Positions 49,151-61,084 of a stretch of 64,000 bases of DNA are shown here, piece after piece. Each line of letters opens with the position of its first letter. Within the stretch, counting starts at the first letter, position 1. A program made the position numbers and the translations under genes. The notes under the pieces were generated by a model. It was not told the origin of the DNA. It worked only from the letters and a program-made list of their open reading frames with translations, and did no database searches. Source of the DNA: Auanema rhodensis (Eukaryota > Animalia > Nematoda); contig OZ059898.1 of the NCBI GenBank assembly GCA_964057225.1, positions 682,001 through 746,000 on the forward strand, in the 5' to 3' direction.

Positions 49151-51958
49151 AATGTAGTATAGTGCATTCGATGCGGATTTTTAAGCTGCGTCGATCTGTG
49201 TTATCAGATTTGCGCTAGCTTAAAAATGCACCGAGATATCAACTGATATAAGTTCACACTTATATCCTCGATTTTCACCCTGAAGAATTAATTTTTTTGT
49301 TGAATAACATTGTCCATCGTCTTTGCCTTGAAAAAAGGAATCTAAAAACATCTACTTTTTGCTAAATTATCTTGAAATTTTTCGAAAAAATTTTTGTCAA
49401 AATGTTTTTGGAAGCAATGTTGAGTGTACATGGAAACTCAACATACACTAATGCATCATTTTTCAAACGATCATAACTAATTTTTGTATTAAGCGTTTCT
49501 CAATGTCGTATAGTGCATTCGATGCGGATTTATAAGCTGCGTCGATCTGTGTTTTCAGATTTGCGCTAGCTTAAAAATGCACCGAGATATCAACTGATAT
49601 AAGTTCACACTTATATCCTCGATTTTCACCCTGAAGAATTAATTTTTTTGTTGAATAACATTGTCCATCGTCTTTGCCTTGAAAAACGAAATCTAAAAAC
49701 ATCTACTTTTTGCTAAATTATTTTGAAATTTTTCGAAAAAATTTTTGTCAAAATGTTTTTGGAAGCAATGTTGAGTGTACATGGAAACTCAACATACACT
49801 AATGCATCATTTTTCAAACGATCATAACTAATTTTTGTATTAAGCGTTTCTCAATGTCGTATAGTGCATTCGATGCGGATTTTTAAGCTGCGTCGATCTG
49901 TGTTATCAGATTTGCGCTAGCTTAAAAATGCACCGAGATATCAACTGATATAAGTTCACACTTATATCCTCGATTTTCACCCTGAAGAATTAATTTTTTC
50001 GTTGAATAACATTGTCCATCGTCTTTGCCTTGAAAAAAGGAATCTAAAAACATCTACTTTTTGCTAAATTATCTTGAAATTTTTCGAAAAAATTTTTGTC
50101 AAAATGTTTTTGGAAGCAATGTTGAGTGTACATGGAAACTCAACATACACTAATGCATCATTTTTCAAACGATCATAACTAATTTTTGTATTAAGCGTTT
50201 CTCAATGTAGTATAGTGCATTCGATGCGGATTTTTAAGCTGCGTCGATCTGTGTTATTAGATTTGCGCTAGCTTAAAAATGCACCGAGATATCAACTGAT
50301 ATAAGTTCACACTTATATCCTCGATTTTCACCCTGAAGAATTAATTTTTTCGTTGAATAACATTGTCCATCGTCTTTGCCTTGAAAAAAGGAATCTAAAA
50401 ACATCTACTTTTTGCTAAATTATCTTGAAATTTTTCGAAAAAATTTTTGTCAAAATGTTTTTGGAAGCAATGTTGAGTGTACATGGAAACTCAACATACA
50501 CTAATGCATCATTTTTCAAACGATCATAACTAATTTTTGTATTAAGCGTTTCTCAATGTAGTATAGTGCATTCGATGCGGATTTTTAAGCTGCGTCGATC
50601 TGTGTTATCAGATTTGCGCTAGCTTAAAAATGCACCGAGATATCAACTGATATAAGTTCACACTTATATCCTCGATTTTCACCCTGAAGAATTAATTTTT
50701 TTGTTGAATAACATTGTCCATCGTCTTTGCCTTGAAAAAAGGAATCTAAAAACATCTACTTTTTGCTAAATTATCTTGAAATTTTTCGAAAAAATTTTTG
50801 TCAAAATGTTTTTGGAAGCAATGTTGAGTGTACATGGAAACTCAACATACACTAATGCATCATTTTTCAAACGATCATAACTAATTTTTGTATTAAGCGT
50901 TTCTCAATGTCGTATAGTGCATTCGATGCGGATTTATAAGCTGCGTCGATCTGTGTTTTCAGATTTGCGCTAGCTTAAAAATGCACCGAGATATCAACTG
51001 ATATAAGTTCACACTTATATCCTCGATTTTCACCCTGAAGAATTAATTTTTTTGTTGAATAACATTGTCCATCGTCTTTGCCTTGAAAAACGAAATCTAA
51101 AAACATCTACTTTTTGCTAAATTATTTTGAAATTTTTCGAAAAAATTTTTGTCAAAATGTTTTTGGAAGCAATGTTGAGTGTACATGGAAACTCAACATA
51201 CACTAATGCATCATTTTTCAAACGATCATAACTAATTTTTGTATTAAGCGTTTCTCAATGTCGTATAGTGCATTCGATGCGGATTTTTAAGCTGCGTCGA
51301 TCTGTGTTATCAGATTTGCGCTAGCTTAAAAATGCACCGAGATATCAACTGATATAAGTTCACACTTATATCCTCGATTTTCACCCTGAAGAATTAATTT
51401 TTTCGTTGAATAACATTGTCCATCGTCTTTGCCTTGAAAAAAGGAATCTAAAAACATCTACTTTTTGCTAAATTATCTTGAAATTTTTCGAAAAAATTTT
51501 TGTCAAAATGTTTTTGGAAGCAATGTTGAGTGTACATGGAAACTCAACATACACTAATGCATCATTTTTCAAACGATCATAACTAATTTTTGTATTAAGC
51601 GTTTCTCAATGTAGTATAGTGCATTCGATGCGGATTTTTAAGCTGCGTCGATCTGTGTTATTAGATTTGCGCTAGCTTAAAAATGCACCGAGATATCAAC
51701 TGATATAAGTTCACACTTATATCCTCGATTTTCACCCTGAAGAATTAATTTTTTTGTTGAATAACATTGTCCATCGTCTTTGCCTTGAAAAAAGGAATCT
51801 AAAAACATCTACTTTTTGCTAAATTATTTTGAAATTTTTCGAAAAAATTTTTGTCAAAATGTTTTTGGAAGCAATGTTGAGTGTACATGGAAACTCAACA
51901 TACACTAATGCATCATTTTTCAAACGATCATAACTAATTTTTGTATTAAGCGTTTCTC
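49151..51958 (+). repeat. 4-monomer higher-order duplication (1404-bp offset)
   Basis: The monomer at 49502 (ttAtaag, gttTtc, aaaCgAa) equals the monomer at 50906. Flanking monomers match, including ttatTag in monomers 50204 and 51608. Confidence 0.85.
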
Positions 51959-54900
51959 AATGTAGTATAGTGCATTCGATGCGGATTTTTAAGCTGCGTC
52001 GATCTGTGTTATCAGATTTGCGCTAGCTTAAAAATGCACCGAGATATCAACTGATATAAGTTCACACTTATATCCTCGATTTTCACCCTGAAGAATTAAT
52101 TTTTTTGTTGAATAACATTGTCCATCGTCTTTGCCTTGAAAAACGAAATCTAAAAACATCTACTTTTTGCTAAATTATTTTGAAATTTTTCGAAAAAATT
52201 TTTGTCAAAATGTTTTTGGAAGCAATGTTGAGTGTACATGGAAACTCAACATACACTAATGCATCATTTTTCAAACGATCATAACTAATTTTTGTATTAA
52301 GCGTTTCTCAATGTCGTATAGTGCATTCGATGCGGATTTTTAAGCTGCGTCGATCTGTGTTATCAGATTTGCGCTAGCTTAAAAATGCACCGAGATATCA
52401 ACTGATATAAGTTCACACTTATATCCTCGATTTTCACCCTGAAGAATTAATTTTTTCGTTGAATAACATTGTCCATCGTCTTTGCCTTGAAAAAAGGAAT
52501 CTAAAAACATCTACTTTTTGCTAAATTATCTTGAAATTTTTCGAAAAAATTTTTGTCAAAATGTTTTTGGAAGCAATGTTGAGTGTACATGGAAACTCAA
52601 CATACACTAATGCATCATTTTTCAAACGATCATAACTAATTTTTGTATTAAGCGTTTCTCAATGTAGTATAGTGCATTCGATGCGGATTTTTAAGCTGCG
52701 TCGATCTGTGTTATTAGATTTGCGCTAGCTTAAAAATGCACCGAGATATCAACTGATATAAGTTCACACTTATATCCTCGATTTTCACCCTGAAGAATTA
52801 ATTTTTTTGTTGAATAACATTGTCCATCGTCTTTGCCTTGAAAAAAGGAATCTAAAAACATCTACTTTTTGCTAAATTATTTTGAAATTTTTCGAAAAAA
52901 TTTTTGTCAAAATGTTTTTGGAAGCAATGTTGAGTGTACATGGAAACTCAACATACACTAATGCATCATTTTTCAAACGATCATAACTAATTTTTGTATT
53001 AAGCGTTTCTCAATGTAGTATAGTGCATTCGATGCGGATTTTTAAGCTGCGTCGATCTGTGTTATCAGATTTGCGCTAGCTTAAAAATGCACCGAGATAT
53101 CAACTGATATAAGTTCACACTTATATCCTCGATTTTCACCCTGAAGAATTAATTTTTTCGTTGAATAACATTGTCCATCGTCTTTGCCTTGAAAAAAGGA
53201 ATCTAAAAACATCTACTTTTTGCTAAATTATCTTGAAATTTTTCAAAAAAATTTTTGTCAAAATGTTTTTGGAAGCAATGTTGAGTGTACATGGAAACTC
53301 AACATACACTAATGCATCATTTTTCAAACGATCATAACTAATTTTTGTATTAAGCGTTTCTCAATGTAGTATAGTGCATTCGATGCGGATTTTTAAGCTG
53401 CGTCGATCTGTGTTATCAGATTTGCGCTAGCTTAAAAATGCACCGAGATATCAACTGATATAAGTTCACACTTATATCCTCGATTTTCACCCTGAAGAAT
53501 TAATTTTTTTGTTGAATAACATTGTCCATCGTCTTTGCCTTGAAAAAAGGAATCTAAAAACATCTACGTTTTGCTAAATTATCTTGAAATTTTTCGAAAA
53601 AATTTTTGTCAAAATGTTTTTGGAAGCAATGTTGAGTGTACATGGAAACTCAACATACACTAATGCATCATTTTTCAAACGATCATAACTAATTTTTGTA
53701 TTAAGCGTTTCTCAATGTAGTATAGTGCATTCGATGCGGATTTTTAAGCTGCGTCGATCTGTGTTATCAGATTTGCGCTAGCTTAAAAATGCACCGAGAT
53801 ATCAACTGATATAAGTTCACACTTATATCCTCGATTTTCACCCTGAAGAATTAATTTTTTCGTTGAATAACATTGTCCATCGTCTTTGCCTTGAAAAAAG
53901 GAATCTAAAAACATCTACTTTTTGCTAAATTATCTTGAAATTTTTCGAAAAAATTTTTGTCAAAATGTTTTTGGAAGCAATGTTGAGTGTACATGGAAAC
54001 TCAACATACACTAATGCATCATTTTTCAAACGATCATAACTAATTTTTGTACTAAGCGTTTCTCAATGTAGTATAGTGCATTCGATGCGGATTTTTAAGC
54101 TGCGTCGATCTGTGTTATCAGATTTGCGCTAGCTTAAAAATGCACCGAGATATCAACTGATATAAGTTCACACTTATATCCTCGATTTTCACCCTGAAGA
54201 ATTAATTTTTTTGTTGAATAACATTGTCCATCGTCTTTGCCTTGAAAAAAGGAATCTCAAAACATCTACTTTTTGCTAAATTATCTTGAAATTTTTCGAA
54301 AAAATTTTTGTCAAAATGTTTTTGGAAGCAATGTTGAGTGTACATGGAAACTCAACATACACTAATGCATCATTTTTCAAACGATCATAACTAATTTTTG
54401 TATTAAGCGTTTCTCAATGTAGTATAGTGCATTCGATGCGGATTTTTAAGCTGCGTCGATCTGTGTTATCAGATTTGCGCTAGCTTAAAAATGCACCGAG
54501 ATATCAACTGATATAAGTTCACACTTATATCCTCGATTTTCACCCTGAAGAATTAAATTTTTCGTTGAATAACATTGTCCATCGTCTTTGCCTTGAAAAA
54601 AGGAATCTAAAAACATCTACTTTTTGCTAAATTATCTTGAAATTTTTCGAAAAAATTTTTGTCAAAATGTTTTTGGAAGCAATGTTGAGTGTACATGGAA
54701 ACTCAACATACACTAATGCATCATTTTTCAAACGATCATAACTAATTTTTGTATTAAGCGTTTCTCAATGTAGTATAGTGCATTCGATGCGGATTTTTAA
54801 GCTGCGTCGATCTGTGTTATCAGATTTGCGCTAGCTTAAAAATGCACCGAGATATCAACTGATATAAGTTCACACTTATATCCTCGATTTTCACCCTGAA

Positions 54901-57574
54901 GAATTAATTTTTTCGTTGAATAACATTGTCCATCGTCTTTGCCTTGAAAAAAATAATCTAAAAACATCTACTTTTTGCTAAATTATCTTGAAATTTTTCG
55001 AAAAAATTTTTGTCAAAATGTTTTTGGAAGCAATGTTGAGTGTACATGGAAACTCAACATACACTAATGCATCATTTTTCAAACGATCATAACTAATTTT
55101 TGTATTAAGCGTTTCTCAATGTAGTATAGTGCATTCGATGCGGATTTTTAAGCTGCGTCGATCTGTGTTATCAGATTTGCGCTAGCTTAAAAATGCACCG
55201 AGATATCAACTGATATAAGTTCACACTTATATCCTCGATTTTCACCCTGAAGAATTAAATTTTTCGTTGAATAACATTGTCCATCGTCTTTGCCTTGAAA
55301 AAAGGAATCTAAAAACATCTACTTTTTGCTAAATTATCTTGAAATTTTTCGAAAAAATTTTTGTCAAAATGTTTTTGGAAGCAATGTTGAGTGTACATGG
55401 AAACTCAACATACACTAATGCATCATTTTTCAAACGATCATAACTAATTTTTGTATTAAGCGTTTCTCAATGTCGTATAGTGCATTCGATGCGGATTTTT
55501 AAGCTGCGTCGATCTGTGTTTTCAGATTTGCGCTAGCTTAAAAATGCACCGAGATATCAACTGATATAAGTTCACACTTATATCCTCGATTTTCACCCTG
55601 AAGAATTAAATTTTTCGTTGAATAACATTGTCCATCGTCTTTGCCTTGAAAAAAGGAATCTAAAAACATCTACTTTTTGCTAAATTATCTTGAAATTTTT
55701 CGAAAAAATTTTTGTCAAAATGTTTTTGGAAGCAATGTTGAGTGTACATGGAAACTCAACATACACTAATGCATCATTTTTCAAACGATCATAACTAATT
55801 TTTGTATTAAGCGTTTCTCAATGTCGTATAGTGCATTCGATGCGGATTTTTAAGCTGCGTCGATCTGTGTTTTCAGATTTGCGCTAGCTTAAAAATGCAC
55901 CGAGATATCAACTGATATAAGTTCACACTTATATCCTCGATTTTCACCCTGAAGAATTAATTTTTTTGTTGAATAACATTGTCCATCGTCTTTGCCTTGA
56001 AAAAAGAAATCTAAAAACATCTACTTTTTGCTAAATTATTTTGAAATTTTTCGAAAAAATTTTTGTCAAAATGTTTTTGGAAGCAATGTTGAGTGTACAT
56101 GGAAACTCAACATACACTAATGCATCATTTTTCAAACGATCATAACTAATTTTTGTATTAAGCGTTTCTCAATGTCGTATAGTGCATTCGATGCGGATTT
56201 TTAAGCTGCGTCGATCTGTGTTATCAGATTTGCGCTAGCTTAAAAATGCACCGAGATATCAACTGATATAAGTTCACACTTATATCCTCGATTTTCACCC
56301 TGAAGAATTAATTTTTTCGTTGAATAACATTGTCCATTGTCTTTGCCTTGAAAAAAGGAATCTAAAAACATCTACTTTTTGCTAAATTATCTTAAAATTT
56401 TTCGAAAAAATTTTTGTCAAAATGTTTTTGGAAGCAATGTTGAGTGTACATGGAAACTCAACATACACTAATGCATCATTTTTCAAACGATCATAACTAA
56501 TTTTTGTATTAAGCGTTTCTCAATGTAGTATAGTGCATTCGATGCGGATTTTTAAGCTGCGTCGATCTGTGTTATTAGATTTGCGCTAGCTTAAAAATGC
56601 ACCGAGATATCAACTGATATAAGTTCACACTTATATCCTCGATTTTCACCCTGAAGAATTAATTTTTTCGTTGAATAACATTGTCCATCGTCTTTGCCTT
56701 GAAAAAAGGAATCTAAAAACATCTACTTTTTGCTAAATTATCTTGAAATTTTTCGAAAAAATTTTTGTCAAAATGTTTTTGGAAGCAATGTTGAGTGTAC
56801 ATGGAAACTCAACATACACTAATGCATCATTTTTCAAACGATCATAACTAATTTTTGTATTAAGCGTTTCTCAATGTAGTATAGTGCATTCGATGCGGAT
56901 TTTTAAGCTGCGTCGATCTGTGTTATCAGATTTGCGCTAGCTTAAAAATGCACCGAGATATCAACTGATATAAGTTCACACTTATATCCTCGATTTTCAC
57001 CCTGAAGAATTAATTTTTTCGTTGAATAACATTGTCCATCGTCTTTGCCTTGAAAAAAGGAATCTAAAAACATCTACTTTTTGCTAAATTATCTTGAAAT
57101 TTTTCGAAAAAATTTTTGTCAAAATGTTTTTGGAAGCAATGTTGAGTGTACATGGAAACTCAACATACACTAATGCATCATTTTTCAAACGATCATAACT
57201 AATTTTTGTATTAAGCGTTTCTCAATGTAGTATAGTGCATTCGATGCGGATTTTTAAGCTGCGTCGATCTGTGTTATCAGATTTGCGCTAGCTTAAAAAT
57301 GCACCGAGATATCAACTGATATAAGTTCACACTTATATCCTCGATTTTCACCCTGAAGAATTAATTTTTTTGTTGAATAACATTGTCCATCGTCTTTGCC
57401 TTGAAAAAAGGAATCTAAAAACATCTACTTTTTGCTAAATTATCTTGAAATTTTTCGAAAAAATTTTTGTCAAAATGTTTTTGGAAGCAATGTTGAGTGT
57501 ACATGGAAACTCAACATACACTAATGCATCATTTTTCAAACGATCATAACTAATTTTTGTATTAAGCGTTTCTC

Positions 57575-60500
57575 AATGTAGTATAGTGCATTCGATGCGG
57601 ATTTTTAAGCTGCGTCGATCTGTGTTATCAGATTTGAGCTAGCTTAAAAATGCACCGAGATATCAACTGATATAAGTTCACACTTATATCCTCGATTTTC
57701 ACCCTGAAGAATTAATTTTTTTGTTGAATAACATCGTCCATCGTCTTTGCCTTGAAAAAAGGAATCTAAAAACATCTACTTTTTGCTAAATTATCTTGAA
57801 ATTTTTCGAAAAAATTTTTGTCAAAATGTTTTTGGAAGCAATGTTGAGTGTACATGGAAACTCAACATACACTAATGCATCATTTTTCAAACGATCATAA
57901 CTAATTTTTGTATTAAGCGTTTCTCAATGTAGTATAGTGCATTCGATGCGGATTTTTAAGCTGCGTCGATCTGTGTTATCAGATTTGCGCTAGCTTAAAA
58001 ATGCACCGAGATATCAACTGATATAAGTTCACACTTATATCCTCGATTTTCACCCTGAAGAATTAATTTTTTCGTTGAATAACATTGTCCATCGTCTTTG
58101 CCTTGAAAAAAGGAATCTAAAAACATCTACTTTTTGCTAAATTATCTTGAAATTTTTCGAAAAAATTTTTGTCAAAATGTTTTTGGAAGCAATGTTGAGT
58201 GTACATGGAAACTCAACATACACTAATGCATCATTTTTCAAACGATCATAACTAATTTTTGTATTAAGCGTTTCTCAATGTAGTATAGTGCATTCGATGC
58301 GGATTTTTAAGCTGCGTCGATCTGTGTTATCAGATTTGCGCTAGCTTAAAAATGCACCGAGATATCAACTGATATAAGTTCACACTTATATCCTCGATTT
58401 TCACCCTGAAGAATTAATTTTTTTGTTGAATAACATTGTCCATCGTCTTTGCCTTGAAAAAAGGAATCTAAAAACATCTACTTTTTGCTAAATTATTTTG
58501 AAATTTTTCGAAAAAATTTTTGTCAAAATGTTTTTGGAAGCAATGTTGAGTGTACATGGAAACTCAACATACACTAATGCATCATTTTTCAAACGATCAT
58601 AACTAATTTTTGTATTAAGCGTTTCTCAATGTCGTATAGTGCATTCGATGCGGATTTTTAAGCTGCGTCGATCTGTGTTATCAGATTTGCGCTAGCTTAA
58701 AAATGCACCGAGATATCAACTGATATAAGTTCACACTTATATCCTCGATTTTCACCCTGAAGAATTAATTTTTTTGTTGAATAACATCGTCCATCGTCTT
58801 TGCCTTGAAAAAAGGAATCTAAAAACATCTACTTTTTGCTAAATTATCTTGAAATTTTTCGAAAAAATTTTTGTCAAAATGTTTTTGGAAGCAATGTTGA
58901 GTGTACATGGAAACTCAACATACACTAATGCATCATTTTTCAAACGATCATAACTAATTTTTGTATTAAGCGTTTCTCAATGTAGTATAGTGCATTCGAT
59001 GCGGATTTTTAAGCTGCGTCGATCTGTGTTATCAGATTTGCGCTAGCTTAAAAATGCACCGAGATATCAACTGATATAAGTTCACACTTATATCCTCGAT
59101 TTTCACCCTGAAGAATTAATTTTTTTGTTGAATAACATTGTCCATCGTCTTTGCCTTGAAAAAAGGAATCTAAAAACATCTACTTTTTGCTAAATTATTT
59201 TGAAATTTTTCGAAAAAATTTTTGTCAAAATGTTTTTGGAAGCAATGTTGAGTGTACATGGAAACTCAACATACACTAATGCATCATTTTTCAAACGATC
59301 ATAACTAATTTTTGTATTAAGCGTTTCTCAATGTAGTATAGTGCATTCGATGCGGATTTTTAAGCTGCGTCGATCTGTGTTATCAGATTTGAGCTAGCTT
59401 AAAAATGCACCGAGATATCAACTGATATAAGTTCACACTTATATCCTCGATTTTCACCCTGAAGAATTAATTTTTTTGTTGAATAACATCGTCCATCGTC
59501 TTTGCCTTGAAAAAAGGAATCTAAAAACATCTACTTTTTGCTAAATTATCTTGAAATTTTTCGAAAAAATTTTTGTCAAAATGTTTTTGGAAGCAATGTT
59601 GAGTGTACATGGAAACTCAACATACACTAATGCATCATTTTTCAAACGATCATAACTAATTTTTGTATTAAGCGTTTCTCAATGTAGTATAGTGCATTCG
59701 ATGCGGATTTTTAAGCTGCGTCGATCTGTGTTATCAGATTTGCGCTAGCTTAAAAATGCACCGAGATATCAACTGATATAAGTTCACACTTATATCCTCG
59801 ATTTTCACCCTGAAGAATTAATTTTTTCGTTGAATAACATTGTCCATCGTCTTTGCCTTGAAAAAAGGAATCTAAAAACATCTACTTTTTGCTAAATTAT
59901 CTTGAAATTTTTCGAAAAAATTTTTGTCAAAATGTTTTTGGAAGCAATGTTGAGTGTACATGGAAACTCAACATACACTAATGCATCATTTTTCAAACGA
60001 TCATAACTAATTTTTGTATTAAGCGTTTCTCAATGTAGTATAGTGCATTCGATGCGGATTTTTAAGCTGCGTCGATCTGTGTTATCAGATTTGCGCTAGC
60101 TTAAAAATGCACCGAGATATCAACTGATATAAGTTCACACTTATATCCTCGATTTTCACCCTGAAGAATTAATTTTTTTGTTGAATAACATTGTCCATCG
60201 TCTTTGCCTTGAAAAAAGGAATCTAAAAACATCTACTTTTTGCTAAATTATTTTGAAATTTTTCGAAAAAATTTTTGTCAAAATGTTTTTGGAAGCAATG
60301 TTGAGTGTACATGGAAACTCAACATACACTAATGCATCATTTTTCAAACGATCATAACTAATTTTTGTATTAAGCGTTTCTCAATGTCGTATAGTGCATT
60401 CGATGCGGATTTTTAAGCTGCGTCGATCTGTGTTATCAGATTTGCGCTAGCTTAAAAATGCACCGAGATATCAACTGATATAAGTTCACACTTATATCCT

Positions 60501-61084
60501 CGATTTTCACCCTGAAGAATTAATTTTTTTGTTGAATAACATCGTCCATCGTCTTTGCCTTGAAAAAAGGAATCTAAAAACATCTACTTTTTGCTAAATT
60601 ATCTTGAAATTTTTCGAAAAAATTTTTGTCAAAATGTTTTTGGAAGCAATGTTGAGTGTACATGGAAACTCAACATACACTAATGCATCATTTTTCAAAC
60701 GATCATAACTAATTTTTGTATTAAGCGTTTCTCAATGTAGTATAGTGCATTCGATGCGGATTTTTAAGCTGCGTCGATCTGTGTTATCAGATTTGCGCTA
60801 GCTTAAAAATGCACCGAGATATCAACTGATATAAGTTCACACTTATATCCTCGATTTTCACCCTGAAGAATTAATTTTTTTGTTGAATAACATTGTCCAT
60901 CGTCTTTGCCTTGAAAAAAGGAATCTAAAAACATCTACTTTTTGCTAAATTATTTTGAAATTTTTCGAAAAAATTTTTGTCAAAATGTTTTTGGAAGCAA
61001 TGTTGAGTGTACATGGAAACTCAACATACACTAATGCATCATTTTTCAAACGATCATAACTAATTTTTGTATTAAGCGTTTCTC
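57575..61084 (+). repeat. 5-monomer higher-order repeat, two copies (1755-bp period); a third copy starts at 62840
   Basis: 57575-59329 = 59330-61084, with markers ttgAgct and aacatCgtcc. The same series restarts at 62840 and runs to the window end. Confidence 0.9.
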
